A stretch of 64,000 nucleotides of DNA from Acholeplasmatales bacterium (GTDB lineage Bacteria; Bacillota_I; Bacilli_A; ML615J-28; CAG-313), in NCBI GenBank assembly GCA_003539625.1, contig DPOU01000024.1, positions 37,865 to 101,864 of the forward strand. The letters are read 5' to 3'. Position 1 is the stretch's first letter; every line of letters begins with the position of its first letter. Positions 9,846 to 19,379 of this stretch are shown here, one piece after another. Below the pieces are notes generated by a model that was given only the letters and a program-made list of their open reading frames with translations, made no database searches and was not told where the DNA came from. Both the position numbers and the translations under genes were made by a program.

Positions 9846-12196
9846 AAAGATCTATATTAGGAATAAAAGTAGCAAGAGAAATCAAAAGCAATTGGAAACA
9901 ATATTTATCAGTAATTTTGATTGCGGCACTAGCTGTTACACTATTTACAGGTATATGGTCTAATTATCGAAGTTTTCAAGATAAGTTGAATACCATATAC
10001 CAAGAATCTAATATGTGTGATGGTATCGTTATGGTAAAAAATTATGACGAAGAAATTGAAAAGTATTTGCAATCTAAAGGATATGAATATCAAAAAAGAT
10101 TATACTATCCAACAAGAGTAGATAATACCTCAATTTATCTTGCTACATTTAAAGAAAGTGATAAATTAAATTTACCATACAAAGTAAACATTGAAAATGG
10201 TGTAAAAAAAGAAGTTTTGGTTGATAGAAATTTCTTAACTAAAACAAATCTTAAAGTTGGCGATTTAATTAAATTTAGTATTTCATTTGAAGCATATGAC
10301 ATTGATATTAGTTTACCAATCAGTGGAACAATGAATCATCCTGAATCACTAGAAAATGCTACATACAATGCATCTTTTGTTTATGTAAATCAAGAAGCTC
10401 TAATTGAAGAAATTGTAAATTCTTTAGCACCTGAAATAAAAAATTTAATAACGACAATATTTAAAACTACTCCAGAAGAATATATTACCGAAAAACTTGA
10501 AAGTTCATATAATCAATATCTTATCAAAAGCGAAAATATTGAAAATCTTTTAAGCACAATTAAAGGAAACTATAAAGATAACGATAATTTTGTTTATGCT
10601 TTAAAAACTAGTGAATTACCATCTAATATAACGATTGAAGCTGATGTTTTACAGGCTAAGAAACTATTATATATTTTTCCAGTAATCTTTTATTTAGTTG
10701 CAATATTAATAATACTAACATCTATTTCTCAACTAATCAATCGTGAACAAAAAAATATTGGAATATTAAAAGCTCTAGGTTATTCAAAATCGGAAATAAT
10801 ATGGCATTATACTAATATATTCATAGTACTTGGTTTAATTGGTTCGGTTATTGGAATAATTTTAGGACCAACTATTATACCTAATGTAATGGCTATGAAA
10901 TATAATATTTTATATCAATTACCAAAAATTAAAACTCATTTCTTTAGATTTGAATATTTACTAAGTATGCTGATATTACTAATTATTATTGTCTCTACAA
11001 GTTTAATTGCCTGTCATGATTCAGTAAGAAAAGTACCGGCTGAAAGTTTACGAGGAGATAATGCGGTAAAAATGAAATTGTCATTTTTATCTAAAATTAG
11101 TTTCTTCAAAAAAATGCCACTTTCTATCTTAATGGCATTTAGAAATATGAAACGTAAATTTAGTAGAACCTTAATGGTAATACTAGGAGTATTAGGATGT
11201 ACAGCATTACTTGCATGTGGTTTTGGGATTGAAGACACTATCAACTATGGTTTAGACTTGGAATTAGAGGACTATATTCCATATGATATTTCAGCAACTT
11301 ATTCTGCAAATCAATCTTTTGAAGATACTATTAGTAAAATAGATCATGTTAAATATGTTGATGAATACGCAAAATATAGTGTAAACTTGACAGGTAAGAA
11401 TGTTATAAGTTCATATGTTTATTTATTACCCGAAAAATCATTTATTTTTAAACCAGATTACAATAATGATGATTGTTTAATATCAAGTAAAGTTGCGAAA
11501 AAATTAGGATGTAGTAGTGGAGATGCTATAACATTTATTTATGATGGAAAGCAATACACAGTAACTATTACTAAAGTAGTTGATTTTTGTATTAGTCAAG
11601 GTATTTTTATATCAAAAAATTATTTTGAAAACCAAGAACAAAAATTATCGTTTAAACCAACGGGATGTTGGGTAATGACTGATGATACTACTTACAATGA
11701 AGAAATCTCTAATCAAATAAAAGATATTGATGGAATAATAAGTTCAATGTCAATGGCTCAAACTCGTGAACATGCTAATAATACGATTGCCTCAATCAAG
11801 GTAATGACTTTGACTGTAAAAGTTTTTGCAATATTATTGGCAATAGTAGTATTATATAATTTAGCACTACTTAACTTCAAAGAACGTATCAAAGATATTG
11901 CAACATTGAAAGTTTTGGGATTCTCTAAATTAGAAATTGGTTCATCGTTTATAATTGAAATAATTACATTGACTTTCGTTGGTTCATTGATTGGATTATT
12001 GTTTGGAAAACCATTATTGATTGCGGTACTTTCAATTAATGAAAATCCCTTGTTATCATATATCTATTATATAAAACCAATATCATATATTCTTACTGTG
12101 CTTCTAACTTGTGGTACAAGTCTTTGTATTAATCTATTCTTTGCGGGATTAACAAGAAAAGTACAAATGGTTGAATCTCTCAAATCAGTAGAATAA
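9839..12196 (+). CDS. ABC transporter permease, double FtsX-domain (MacB-like)
   Basis: 785 aa with two FtsX-type 4-TM blocks (ILKALGYSKSEI and TLKVLGFSKLEI motifs), each preceded by a large extracytoplasmic domain. Overlaps the ATPase gene by 7 nt. Confidence 0.85.
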   Translation: MVKRSILGIKVAREIKSNWKQYLSVILIAALAVTLFTGIWSNYRSFQDKLNTIYQESNMCDGIVMVKNYDEEIEKYLQSKGYEYQKRLYYPTRVDNTSIYLATFKESDKLNLPYKVNIENGVKKEVLVDRNFLTKTNLKVGDLIKFSISFEAYDIDISLPISGTMNHPESLENATYNASFVYVNQEALIEEIVNSLAPEIKNLITTIFKTTPEEYITEKLESSYNQYLIKSENIENLLSTIKGNYKDNDNFVYALKTSELPSNITIEADVLQAKKLLYIFPVIFYLVAILIILTSISQLINREQKNIGILKALGYSKSEIIWHYTNIFIVLGLIGSVIGIILGPTIIPNVMAMKYNILYQLPKIKTHFFRFEYLLSMLILLIIIVSTSLIACHDSVRKVPAESLRGDNAVKMKLSFLSKISFFKKMPLSILMAFRNMKRKFSRTLMVILGVLGCTALLACGFGIEDTINYGLDLELEDYIPYDISATYSANQSFEDTISKIDHVKYVDEYAKYSVNLTGKNVISSYVYLLPEKSFIFKPDYNNDDCLISSKVAKKLGCSSGDAITFIYDGKQYTVTITKVVDFCISQGIFISKNYFENQEQKLSFKPTGCWVMTDDTTYNEEISNQIKDIDGIISSMSMAQTREHANNTIASIKVMTLTVKVFAILLAIVVLYNLALLNFKERIKDIATLKVLGFSKLEIGSSFIIEIITLTFVGSLIGLLFGKPLLIAVLSINENPLLSYIYYIKPISYILTVLLTCGTSLCINLFFAGLTRKVQMVESLKSVE

Positions 12197-12590
12197 AAAA
12201 ACTCTTGATTTTTATAGGCCCTTTAAATTAGTTTAGGGTTTTAACACCTTTAAAGAAGTATTTGGTCAAAAAAATTAATTATTATTGTACATAGTCTCCA
12301 AAGCAGACAGTGAGTTAAAATAAAATTATTCACTATTTATTTTGGAGATTTTTTATTATGGAAATGGAAATAAGTAAATAAAAGGAACAAAACATTTAAA
12401 TTTATATTTTAAATACATTGTGTTTTATGTATAGCATATCCTTTCTAGTGTTTACCTGAAGCATTAATAAATTTTTCTTCTATAATGAAAAAATGCCAAT
12501 AAAAAAAGTTTAGGGTTACCCTAGACTTCTTTATTGTTATATATTGACCCTAAACTGATTTATATAATCTTTTTAAACAAGAGTTTTTTA
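12195..12590. repeat. Intergenic segment bounded by ~45-bp imperfect inverted repeats (candidate MITE-like insertion or structured RNA locus)
   Basis: Left arm: AAAAAACTCTTG (12196-12207) ... AGTTTAGGGT (12230-12239). Right arm: ACCCTAAACT (12547-12556) ... CAAGAGTTTTTT (12578-12589). Additional AGTTTAGGGT/ACCCTAGACT pair at 12507-12527. Confidence 0.45.
12295..12354 (+). terminator. Rho-independent terminator-like extended hairpin
   Basis: TCTCCAAA ... TTTGGAGA outer stem with an inner AGTGA/TCACT stem, followed by T6. Lies ~100 nt downstream of the permease stop. Confidence 0.55.
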
Positions 12591-13226
12591 TTGTAATTGT
12601 TTTAACTTGCTGAGTAGTATATCAAAGGCAACATCGTTGTGACCACCTTCGGGAATAATTATATCCGCAAATCTTTTTGATGGTTCAACAAAAGCAATGT
12701 GCATTGGACGAACTGATTCTAAATATTGATTTACAACTGACTCTAAACTTCTGCCACGGTCTTGGATATCACGTTTAAGACGGCGAATGAAGCGAATATC
12801 ATCAGGAGTATCAACAAAAATTTTAATGTCAAATAATTTTCTAAGCCTTGGAATAGCAAAAGTAAGAATTCCTTCAACGATAATTATTTGAGCTGGTTCA
12901 ATGTGTTCAGTTTCAGTCTTACGAGCTTGAACAACAAAATCATATAAAGGTTTGTCAATGGCATTTCCATTTTTTAATTCATTGAGTTGTTTAATTAAAT
13001 AGTCGGTATCATATGAATCAGGGTGGTCATAGTTAGCTTTGCCAGTTTCTGTACGTTGTACTTTATCTTTATTGTGATAATAGTCATCGATTTTAATTAA
13101 AGCAACAGTACCAGTTTTAATTGCTTCATCATATAAGCGATTAGCAATAGTAGTTTTACCAGAAGATGTTCCTCCAGCAATGCCAATAATTGTTGGTTTT
13201 TTTGTGTTTTGCATCAGTTCCTCCAT
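12588..13226 (-). CDS. udk: Uridine kinase
   Basis: P-loop IIGIAGGTSSGKTT, DDYY and DHPDSYD motifs, ~210 aa. Confidence 0.93.
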   Translation of the reverse strand: MEELMQNTKKPTIIGIAGGTSSGKTTIANRLYDEAIKTGTVALIKIDDYYHNKDKVQRTETGKANYDHPDSYDTDYLIKQLNELKNGNAIDKPLYDFVVQARKTETEHIEPAQIIIVEGILTFAIPRLRKLFDIKIFVDTPDDIRFIRRLKRDIQDRGRSLESVVNQYLESVRPMHIAFVEPSKRFADIIIPEGGHNDVAFDILLSKLKQLQ

Positions 13227-13355
13227 ATATTAAACTAGTTTGTATTATATCACAATTTGTAAAATGATGTTAATAATTAGCCATTTTTCTTTTTTTTAGA
13301 AACGTTTTATAGTATAATTATACCAAAGACAATAATGGATAAAAGAAGGTAAATT

Positions 13356-14498
13356 ATGAAAAAAATTGATGAATTAGTAACTATCTTAAAAGAAGCTAAC
13401 GAGAATAATGTTTGGCATAAAACCATAACCGCATATGGTTATCAATTTGATTATGATACTGTTGTGTATGCTAGTGTATCAAAATATTGGTTTGGCAAAA
13501 ATGAGATAGAGGAATTTATATGTCCACTAAATTCTGAAAGTGACAATAACAATAGACCTGGAACTAAAAAAGAAAGTACAGAATATATAACTGTTCATGA
13601 TACCGCATCTTCAAAAGATACCGCCGATGAATATGCTCATGCAAAATACGTAACTAATGGTGGTGGTGGCACTAGTTGGCACTATTCAGTAGGTTCAAAA
13701 ATGGCATGCCATCAAGTACCTGATGATGAGGTAGCATATCATGCGGGAGACTCACTTGATGTAAGATTTGAATTATTTAATACTAATGTTTCAGGAACTA
13801 ATAAAAACCCTACTATTACTATAAATGATGGCTTTTATTATATTGATGGTATTAAATCATCAATAAAAGTACCTCAAGTAAGTTTTGAATATCGAAATGA
13901 TGAATTAGTATATGCATCAGATGGCGTAAAACAAGGAAGAAAAGCCCCTAAAGATGCCAAAGAAGGAAGAACTGATATTGTTTTGACTACTGCCGATATA
14001 AATGATGCCGGAATAAGAATAGATCTAAAGGGTGATGGATATTATTATATTGGCCCTACATATTACAATGCTAGTTTTGGAAAAATTGCTAATCGTGGTG
14101 GGAACTTAAATAGCATTGGTATTGAAACAATGATTAATCAAGGTTCAAACTTAATGAGAACTTGGCACCGTTGTGCAAAGCTAGTTGCTAATTTATTGGT
14201 TGATAATAACCTAGATCCATCAAGAGTTAAACCACATCATTTCTTTAGTGGTAAACCTTGTCCTAATACACTTAGAACTAATGGATTGTGGAATTATTTT
14301 ATGGAATGTGTAAATACTGAATATAAAATAAGAAAAGACTTTAGTGATATAAAAATTGAATTAATCAATCATTCGCAAGGATTATTAGAAGATGGCTTAA
14401 TTGATCAAGATCATCTTAATAAAAATGTATCATATACAGTTAAATTAACTGATGATAAAGAAACTAGAATAATTGAATTACACAATAAGGTTGAATAG
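13356..14498 (+). CDS. N-acetylmuramoyl-L-alanine amidase-like protein (Amidase_2/PGRP fold) with a ~100-aa internal insertion; no signal peptide
   Basis: ITVHDTAS, WHYSVG and AYHAGD motifs in the N-terminal half. NSIGIE ... HHFFSGKPCPNTL in the C-terminal half. Confidence 0.65.
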   Translation: MKKIDELVTILKEANENNVWHKTITAYGYQFDYDTVVYASVSKYWFGKNEIEEFICPLNSESDNNNRPGTKKESTEYITVHDTASSKDTADEYAHAKYVTNGGGGTSWHYSVGSKMACHQVPDDEVAYHAGDSLDVRFELFNTNVSGTNKNPTITINDGFYYIDGIKSSIKVPQVSFEYRNDELVYASDGVKQGRKAPKDAKEGRTDIVLTTADINDAGIRIDLKGDGYYYIGPTYYNASFGKIANRGGNLNSIGIETMINQGSNLMRTWHRCAKLVANLLVDNNLDPSRVKPHHFFSGKPCPNTLRTNGLWNYFMECVNTEYKIRKDFSDIKIELINHSQGLLEDGLIDQDHLNKNVSYTVKLTDDKETRIIELHNKVE

Positions 14499-14499
14499 T

Positions 14500-15441
14500 A
14501 TGGCATATGTAGTTACAGGCGCAACAGGCCACATTGGAAATAATTTAGTAAAAAGGTTAATTGGATTAAATCAAAAAGTTAGAATACTAACAAGAAGAGT
14601 GGATGAATCAATAGATAATTTACAAGCTGAATATAAAATAGGTGATGTTTTTAATCGTGAATTCTTACTTGAAAATATCAACTCTGAAGATGTAGTTATT
14701 CATCTTGCGGGAGTAATTGATGTTAAAAATAACAAAAAAGAACAAACCATGAAAATAAACTATGAAGGTACAAAATTAATAACTGATATTTGTATTGAAA
14801 AGAAAGTTAAACGTTACATTTATTTTAGTAGTGTTGATTGTATCTATAAAGAAAATGATGAAGAAGTATTTGAACCAACAAAAATATATCCCGATAAGTT
14901 TATTGATAACTATAGTCATAGTAAAGCCCTTGCTACTGAATATGTTATGGAGGCTCGTACAAATACCGATATACCGATTAATATTGTTTATCCTTCTGCT
15001 GTAATTGGCACAAATGATTTTAAACCATCATCAATTGGCAACGTAGTTAGCGATATTATTGATGGAAAAATGCAATTTGGAATAAAGGGTGGCTATAACT
15101 TTGTAGATGTTGATGATGTGGTTAATGCAACAATATCGATAATTAATAATGAACTAGAAGGTGACTATTTATTAACTGGTACCAATGTTACAGTCTACGA
15201 ATTATATGATAAAGTAAATGAGCAATTAAATAGAAAGAAAAAAACAATGCATATCCCATTGTTTATTGTTAAATTATTTATCCCATTTACACCATATCTA
15301 TCAAAATTTGTTTTAAAAACAATTATGGAAAATCACAATTACAATAATCAAAAAATGATAGAGATTTTAAAAATTCAACCTACTTCATTTGAAGACACCC
15401 TGAAAAAAACAATTAAATTTTTTGAGGAAAGAAAAAAATGA
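14500..15441 (+). CDS. NAD-dependent epimerase/dehydratase (extended SDR) family protein
   Basis: VTGATGHIGNNL Rossmann motif at the N-terminus when started at ATG 14500, so the track start at 14473 is likely too early. YSHSK catalytic YxxxK motif. Confidence 0.85.
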   Translation: MAYVVTGATGHIGNNLVKRLIGLNQKVRILTRRVDESIDNLQAEYKIGDVFNREFLLENINSEDVVIHLAGVIDVKNNKKEQTMKINYEGTKLITDICIEKKVKRYIYFSSVDCIYKENDEEVFEPTKIYPDKFIDNYSHSKALATEYVMEARTNTDIPINIVYPSAVIGTNDFKPSSIGNVVSDIIDGKMQFGIKGGYNFVDVDDVVNATISIINNELEGDYLLTGTNVTVYELYDKVNEQLNRKKKTMHIPLFIVKLFIPFTPYLSKFVLKTIMENHNYNNQKMIEILKIQPTSFEDTLKKTIKFFEERKK

Positions 15442-18023
15442 AAAAAGCGTTAATAAAAGTTTTAGGATTAATTGTTTGCCTTCTATTAATTGGTTGTACC
15501 GAAGAACAATTAAAAACTCGTTATACCGTTGAATGGATTGGCTTTAACGATGTTATGATAGAAAAGAAAATATATAACGAAGGTAGTAAACTAGATTATC
15601 CAACACCACCAACAATTGAAGGATATACTTTTATTGGGTGGGATAAAACTATTAAAAAGGCTAGCGAAAATGTCGTAATAAAAGCCATTTATGAAATAAA
15701 TACTTATACAATAAAATTTGTTGATATAAATAATGATTTGATTTTAGAACAAAAATTAACACATAAACAAAAAATAATATATCCTGAAGAACCGACTATT
15801 CCAGGATATGAATTTATTGGTTGGGATAAAGATGTTAAATACGCAACAAAAGACTTAACAATAAAAGCAGAGTATATAAAGCTTACTTACAATATTAAGT
15901 TTTATGGTATAAATGGTAAATTAATTGATACATTGAATTTATCATATGGCTCACCAATCTACTACCCTACTCCTCCTCAGGTTGATGGCTATCAGTTCGT
16001 AAAATGGGATAATGAACCAGAATTTGTAGAAGGTGATGCAGTAATCAACGCAATCTATACAAGAATTGAATTTGAATATACTAATTATTCAAGTTATGTT
16101 GAAGATCTTATTTTAGATGATCCTCAAGATATAACCGACTTTATTTCTAAAATTGATTATTTAAATGATTTAATTGGCGAATTAGATGGTATAATATATG
16201 GAAAATTTAGAGGTGAAAACGAACTACATGCTTATGATGTAAGTAACTATCGTAGTCGCAACTCATATGGTCATGAAATTGCAATAAACAAGAATGGCGT
16301 TGTTATTGCCTCAAGCACTCTAGTTGATTTACCAACTGATGGACTCATTATATCAGGCCATGGTAAAGCTGGCGATAGTTTAAATAGTAATGTTAAAGTT
16401 GGCGATTATGTTATTTATGATAAAGAAAATGGTACAATAAAAATATATCGTAGTGAAAAAGTTCAAAGAATAGTTACAGCTTATGAAAGAATGAAATCAG
16501 CTAAAACTAAGATTAATGACGCATATAATAGTTATAAAGCTCTTGATTATCAAAAATTAAACCTTAAATATTTAGCATCACTTGATACTTTAAATAAAAT
16601 AATAAGTGATGGTTACCAAGATGGATTAATGAAAACATTAGAATTGTTAGTAGTTGAATTACATTACCTAGCAATTGAAAGCAATGTTATTGAAACTAAA
16701 GCCTTTTGGCATTATGCAACTCGCGCAACCGGTTATCCTGAAAAAACAACTAGTGAAGTATGTAACTTTCTTGATAAAGTAAGTGAAATTGGAATTAACA
16801 CCATTTATCTAAATACTAACTTTGGTGGTGCTTGCCTATATACATCACAATATCTAAAAAATAGAACTACGGGAACATATACTTATGAAGGTTATAAGGA
16901 CTATTTAGAATGTTTTATTACTGAGGCACATAAACGTAATATTAGAGTAGTCGCTTGGACTAATACTTTTATTTGTGGCGATGGCTATTTACCTAACTAT
17001 ATTAATAAAGATTATGTTGCTATTGATTATAATGGCAAAAATAATTACAATGGTATGTATTTTTATGATATAACTAGAAGTGAAGTAAAGACTCTATTAA
17101 ATTGTGTATTTGATGAATTAGCCGCAAATTATGATTTGGATGGTATCGAATTTGATTTTATTAGGTACCCCGCAAGCAACTTATTGTCATTTACTGACAC
17201 AATTACCGATATTACTAAACTAAATGATTTTTGCTATACTGACAGTTCAATCAACTTATTTAAAGGAAAATACAACATCACAGGTGATGTTAAAACATTA
17301 ATGCTTAATGATGAAAACATTAGAAAATTATGGCAAGAATTTAAAGTAAATAATGTTACTGAAATGGTAAAGATGTTATCTAGCACCATAAAGAAGGCTA
17401 ATCCTAACACTAAAGTTAGTGCTGCGGTTATGACAAGTATAAGTGGCGCAATAAAAACATATGCTCAAGATTTCTTAAGTTGGGTAGAAGAAGGATATGT
17501 TGATTGCTTAGAACCAATGATGTATGTTGGATCAAATTCGTATTTAATGACAAGACTTGCAAGTTTTGTTGAATTGATTAATGGTAAAGCCGATATAGTA
17601 GTTGGTATATCACCAGATAATAACGGTGGTGATGTAATTACTTTGAGTGACCAAATTGCTATTGTTTTAAATTATTTAAATCTAGGCTTTAGTGAATTTT
17701 CTTCAAGAAACATTTTTAAAAATGAAGAAATCTTGTTAGGATTAAGTAGTTGTAAGAAAGATTATACCAAGACACAATTGGCAACCAAAGATGAAATAAA
17801 AAAAGCATATCTAAAAAAACTATTAGACTGCCTAACAAATTATTATCAATATGTTGATAAAGCGATAGATATGGCTACTTTTAAAGAAGCAATAAATGAA
17901 GCATACTATGATACTAATAATTTTAGTAAATTAGTGTTATTAATAAATGAAATACAAAATGAAAACATTAAAAATAAATTACTAGCAGAGTATAACAATA
18001 TTGCTAGAACAATAGGAGAATGA
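15438..18023 (+). CDS. Lipoprotein with three Listeria-Bacteroides (Flg_new) repeats and a C-terminal GHL10/YngK-like glycoside-hydrolase-like TIM-barrel domain
   Basis: Lipobox LLLIGC. Three ~60-aa repeats ending GYTFIGWDK, GYEFIGWDK and GYQFVKWDN. C-terminal region has KAFWHYATRA, INTIYLNT, DGIEFDFIRYP and LEPMMY, typical of family-10-like glycosyl hydrolase (DUF187). ATGA overlap with the upstream gene. Confidence 0.7.
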   Translation: MKKALIKVLGLIVCLLLIGCTEEQLKTRYTVEWIGFNDVMIEKKIYNEGSKLDYPTPPTIEGYTFIGWDKTIKKASENVVIKAIYEINTYTIKFVDINNDLILEQKLTHKQKIIYPEEPTIPGYEFIGWDKDVKYATKDLTIKAEYIKLTYNIKFYGINGKLIDTLNLSYGSPIYYPTPPQVDGYQFVKWDNEPEFVEGDAVINAIYTRIEFEYTNYSSYVEDLILDDPQDITDFISKIDYLNDLIGELDGIIYGKFRGENELHAYDVSNYRSRNSYGHEIAINKNGVVIASSTLVDLPTDGLIISGHGKAGDSLNSNVKVGDYVIYDKENGTIKIYRSEKVQRIVTAYERMKSAKTKINDAYNSYKALDYQKLNLKYLASLDTLNKIISDGYQDGLMKTLELLVVELHYLAIESNVIETKAFWHYATRATGYPEKTTSEVCNFLDKVSEIGINTIYLNTNFGGACLYTSQYLKNRTTGTYTYEGYKDYLECFITEAHKRNIRVVAWTNTFICGDGYLPNYINKDYVAIDYNGKNNYNGMYFYDITRSEVKTLLNCVFDELAANYDLDGIEFDFIRYPASNLLSFTDTITDITKLNDFCYTDSSINLFKGKYNITGDVKTLMLNDENIRKLWQEFKVNNVTEMVKMLSSTIKKANPNTKVSAAVMTSISGAIKTYAQDFLSWVEEGYVDCLEPMMYVGSNSYLMTRLASFVELINGKADIVVGISPDNNGGDVITLSDQIAIVLNYLNLGFSEFSSRNIFKNEEILLGLSSCKKDYTKTQLATKDEIKKAYLKKLLDCLTNYYQYVDKAIDMATFKEAINEAYYDTNNFSKLVLLINEIQNENIKNKLLAEYNNIARTIGE
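15522..16067 (+). repeat. Three tandem ~60-codon coding repeats (Flg_new-type) inside the lipoprotein gene
   Basis: Residues 29-88, 89-149 and 150-210 share the pattern YT(I/V)xF...YP..P...GY.F.GWD......(D/N)..I.A.Y. Confidence 0.8.
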
Positions 18024-18027
18024 CAAC

Positions 18028-19341
18028 ATGAAATATATATTTTTAGCAAAAGAATATGATTTGGTTGTGGGAGATACTTTTGAACTCTTTTATCGCGGAA
18101 TAATTTGTCTACATAACCCTTATAAATACTATATTCTAGTAAGATGCCCAAAAGGTAATCCATATCATCGTTATTATACTTTCACACCAAAAGAGGATGA
18201 AATTGGTGATTATGAATTAACAATATCATTAATTGATGATGACCATCAAGTAGTAGATTTTGCAACTACAACTCTTCATGTGGTAAAACCAGAAAGACCT
18301 ACAAAGCATCAAAATGTACTTTGTATTGGTGACAGTTTAACCTTTACAGGGGAATGGCCCAAAGAAGGATATCGAAGATTTACTAAAACTGGTGGTGAGC
18401 CAAATGGTTTAGGATATGATAAGTCATTAACTATGATAGGTACTTGCCAAAAAAAGGTAGAAGATGATATCGTTGGCTATGAAGGATATGGATCTTGGAC
18501 TTGGAAATCATTTTGTACTACCGATGTTGTAAGTACAATTTCCCCAGTATGGGTTGAAGTAAACAATCATAATTTAGATGAAAATGATCAACATAGTGTT
18601 TGGAAATCCGAAGGTCTTGAATGGATATTAGAAAGCATCGAAGAAAAACGCTTGAAGTTTAAAAGAGGCAATCTAAACTATACACCAACACCAAAAATTG
18701 GTGATAAGTTTATCCATGTTAGTGGCGGAATTCACCATGAAGATATTATAGTAAATAAATATGAATTTGAAATGGGTAATCCTTTTTGGAACAAAGCAAT
18801 TGAAAATAATGATTTTAAGACATATTGCTCAAAATATGGTTATGAAGGAATAGATTTAGTTTATGTTCTATTATCATGGAATGGTCAATATATTCCGTAT
18901 AATACTAATTTTGATCATCATACTATCTATGCCAAAAAGTTAATGACACAAATTCATGAGGCATACCCTAACGCTCATATTACATTACTAGGAATTCAAA
19001 TTTGTTCAGTAAATGGTGGTATTGGAGCGAACTATGGCGCAAGTGGATACTATAGTGATGAATTTGGAACAATTACAACAGCATTCAATTATAATAAATG
19101 CTTAGAAGAATTGGCAAATTCTGATGAATTTAAAGATTATGTAAGATATGTTGATACTAAAGCACAATTCGATAGTGAGTATAATATGCCAATGATTTTG
19201 AAAAAGGTCAATACTCGCAGTACAATAACTGAATATATTGGAACAAATGCGGTACACCCTACATCAAATGGTTATTTGCAAATAGGTGATGTCTTCTATA
19301 GAGCATTAGTAAGAGATATAGTTGATGGAAATAAAAAGTAG
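18028..19341 (+). CDS. SGNH/GDSL-type hydrolase family protein with an N-terminal beta-rich extension; no signal peptide
   Basis: VLCIGDSLTF (block I GDS) and NAVHPTSNGY (block V xxH). Confidence 0.6.
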   Translation: MKYIFLAKEYDLVVGDTFELFYRGIICLHNPYKYYILVRCPKGNPYHRYYTFTPKEDEIGDYELTISLIDDDHQVVDFATTTLHVVKPERPTKHQNVLCIGDSLTFTGEWPKEGYRRFTKTGGEPNGLGYDKSLTMIGTCQKKVEDDIVGYEGYGSWTWKSFCTTDVVSTISPVWVEVNNHNLDENDQHSVWKSEGLEWILESIEEKRLKFKRGNLNYTPTPKIGDKFIHVSGGIHHEDIIVNKYEFEMGNPFWNKAIENNDFKTYCSKYGYEGIDLVYVLLSWNGQYIPYNTNFDHHTIYAKKLMTQIHEAYPNAHITLLGIQICSVNGGIGANYGASGYYSDEFGTITTAFNYNKCLEELANSDEFKDYVRYVDTKAQFDSEYNMPMILKKVNTRSTITEYIGTNAVHPTSNGYLQIGDVFYRALVRDIVDGNKK

Positions 19342-19343
19342 TT

Positions 19344-19379
19344 AAAAGGTTATTACAGTTTAAACTGTAATAACCTTTT
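19344..19379. terminator. Bidirectional terminator (perfect 36-bp palindrome)
   Basis: AAAAGGTTATTACAGTTT|AAACTGTAATAACCTTTT between convergent genes, with an A-run and T-run on either side. Confidence 0.85.

Noticed and set aside
14795-15004. Same-strand alternative-frame ORFs (14795-15004, 31028-31324, 58053-58250)
   Set aside because: They are nested in other frames of the epimerase, ssb/rpsR and tex genes, with no ribosome-binding sites or conserved motifs.
17906-18163. Minus-strand ORFs spanning gene junctions or spacers (17906-18163, 21154-21390, 23068-23286, 32620-32820, 40172-40360, 42128-42334, 46124-46306)
   Set aside because: They overlap better-supported + strand genes and their signals (SDs, promoters, terminators). 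They are low-complexity hydrophobic sequences without SDs.
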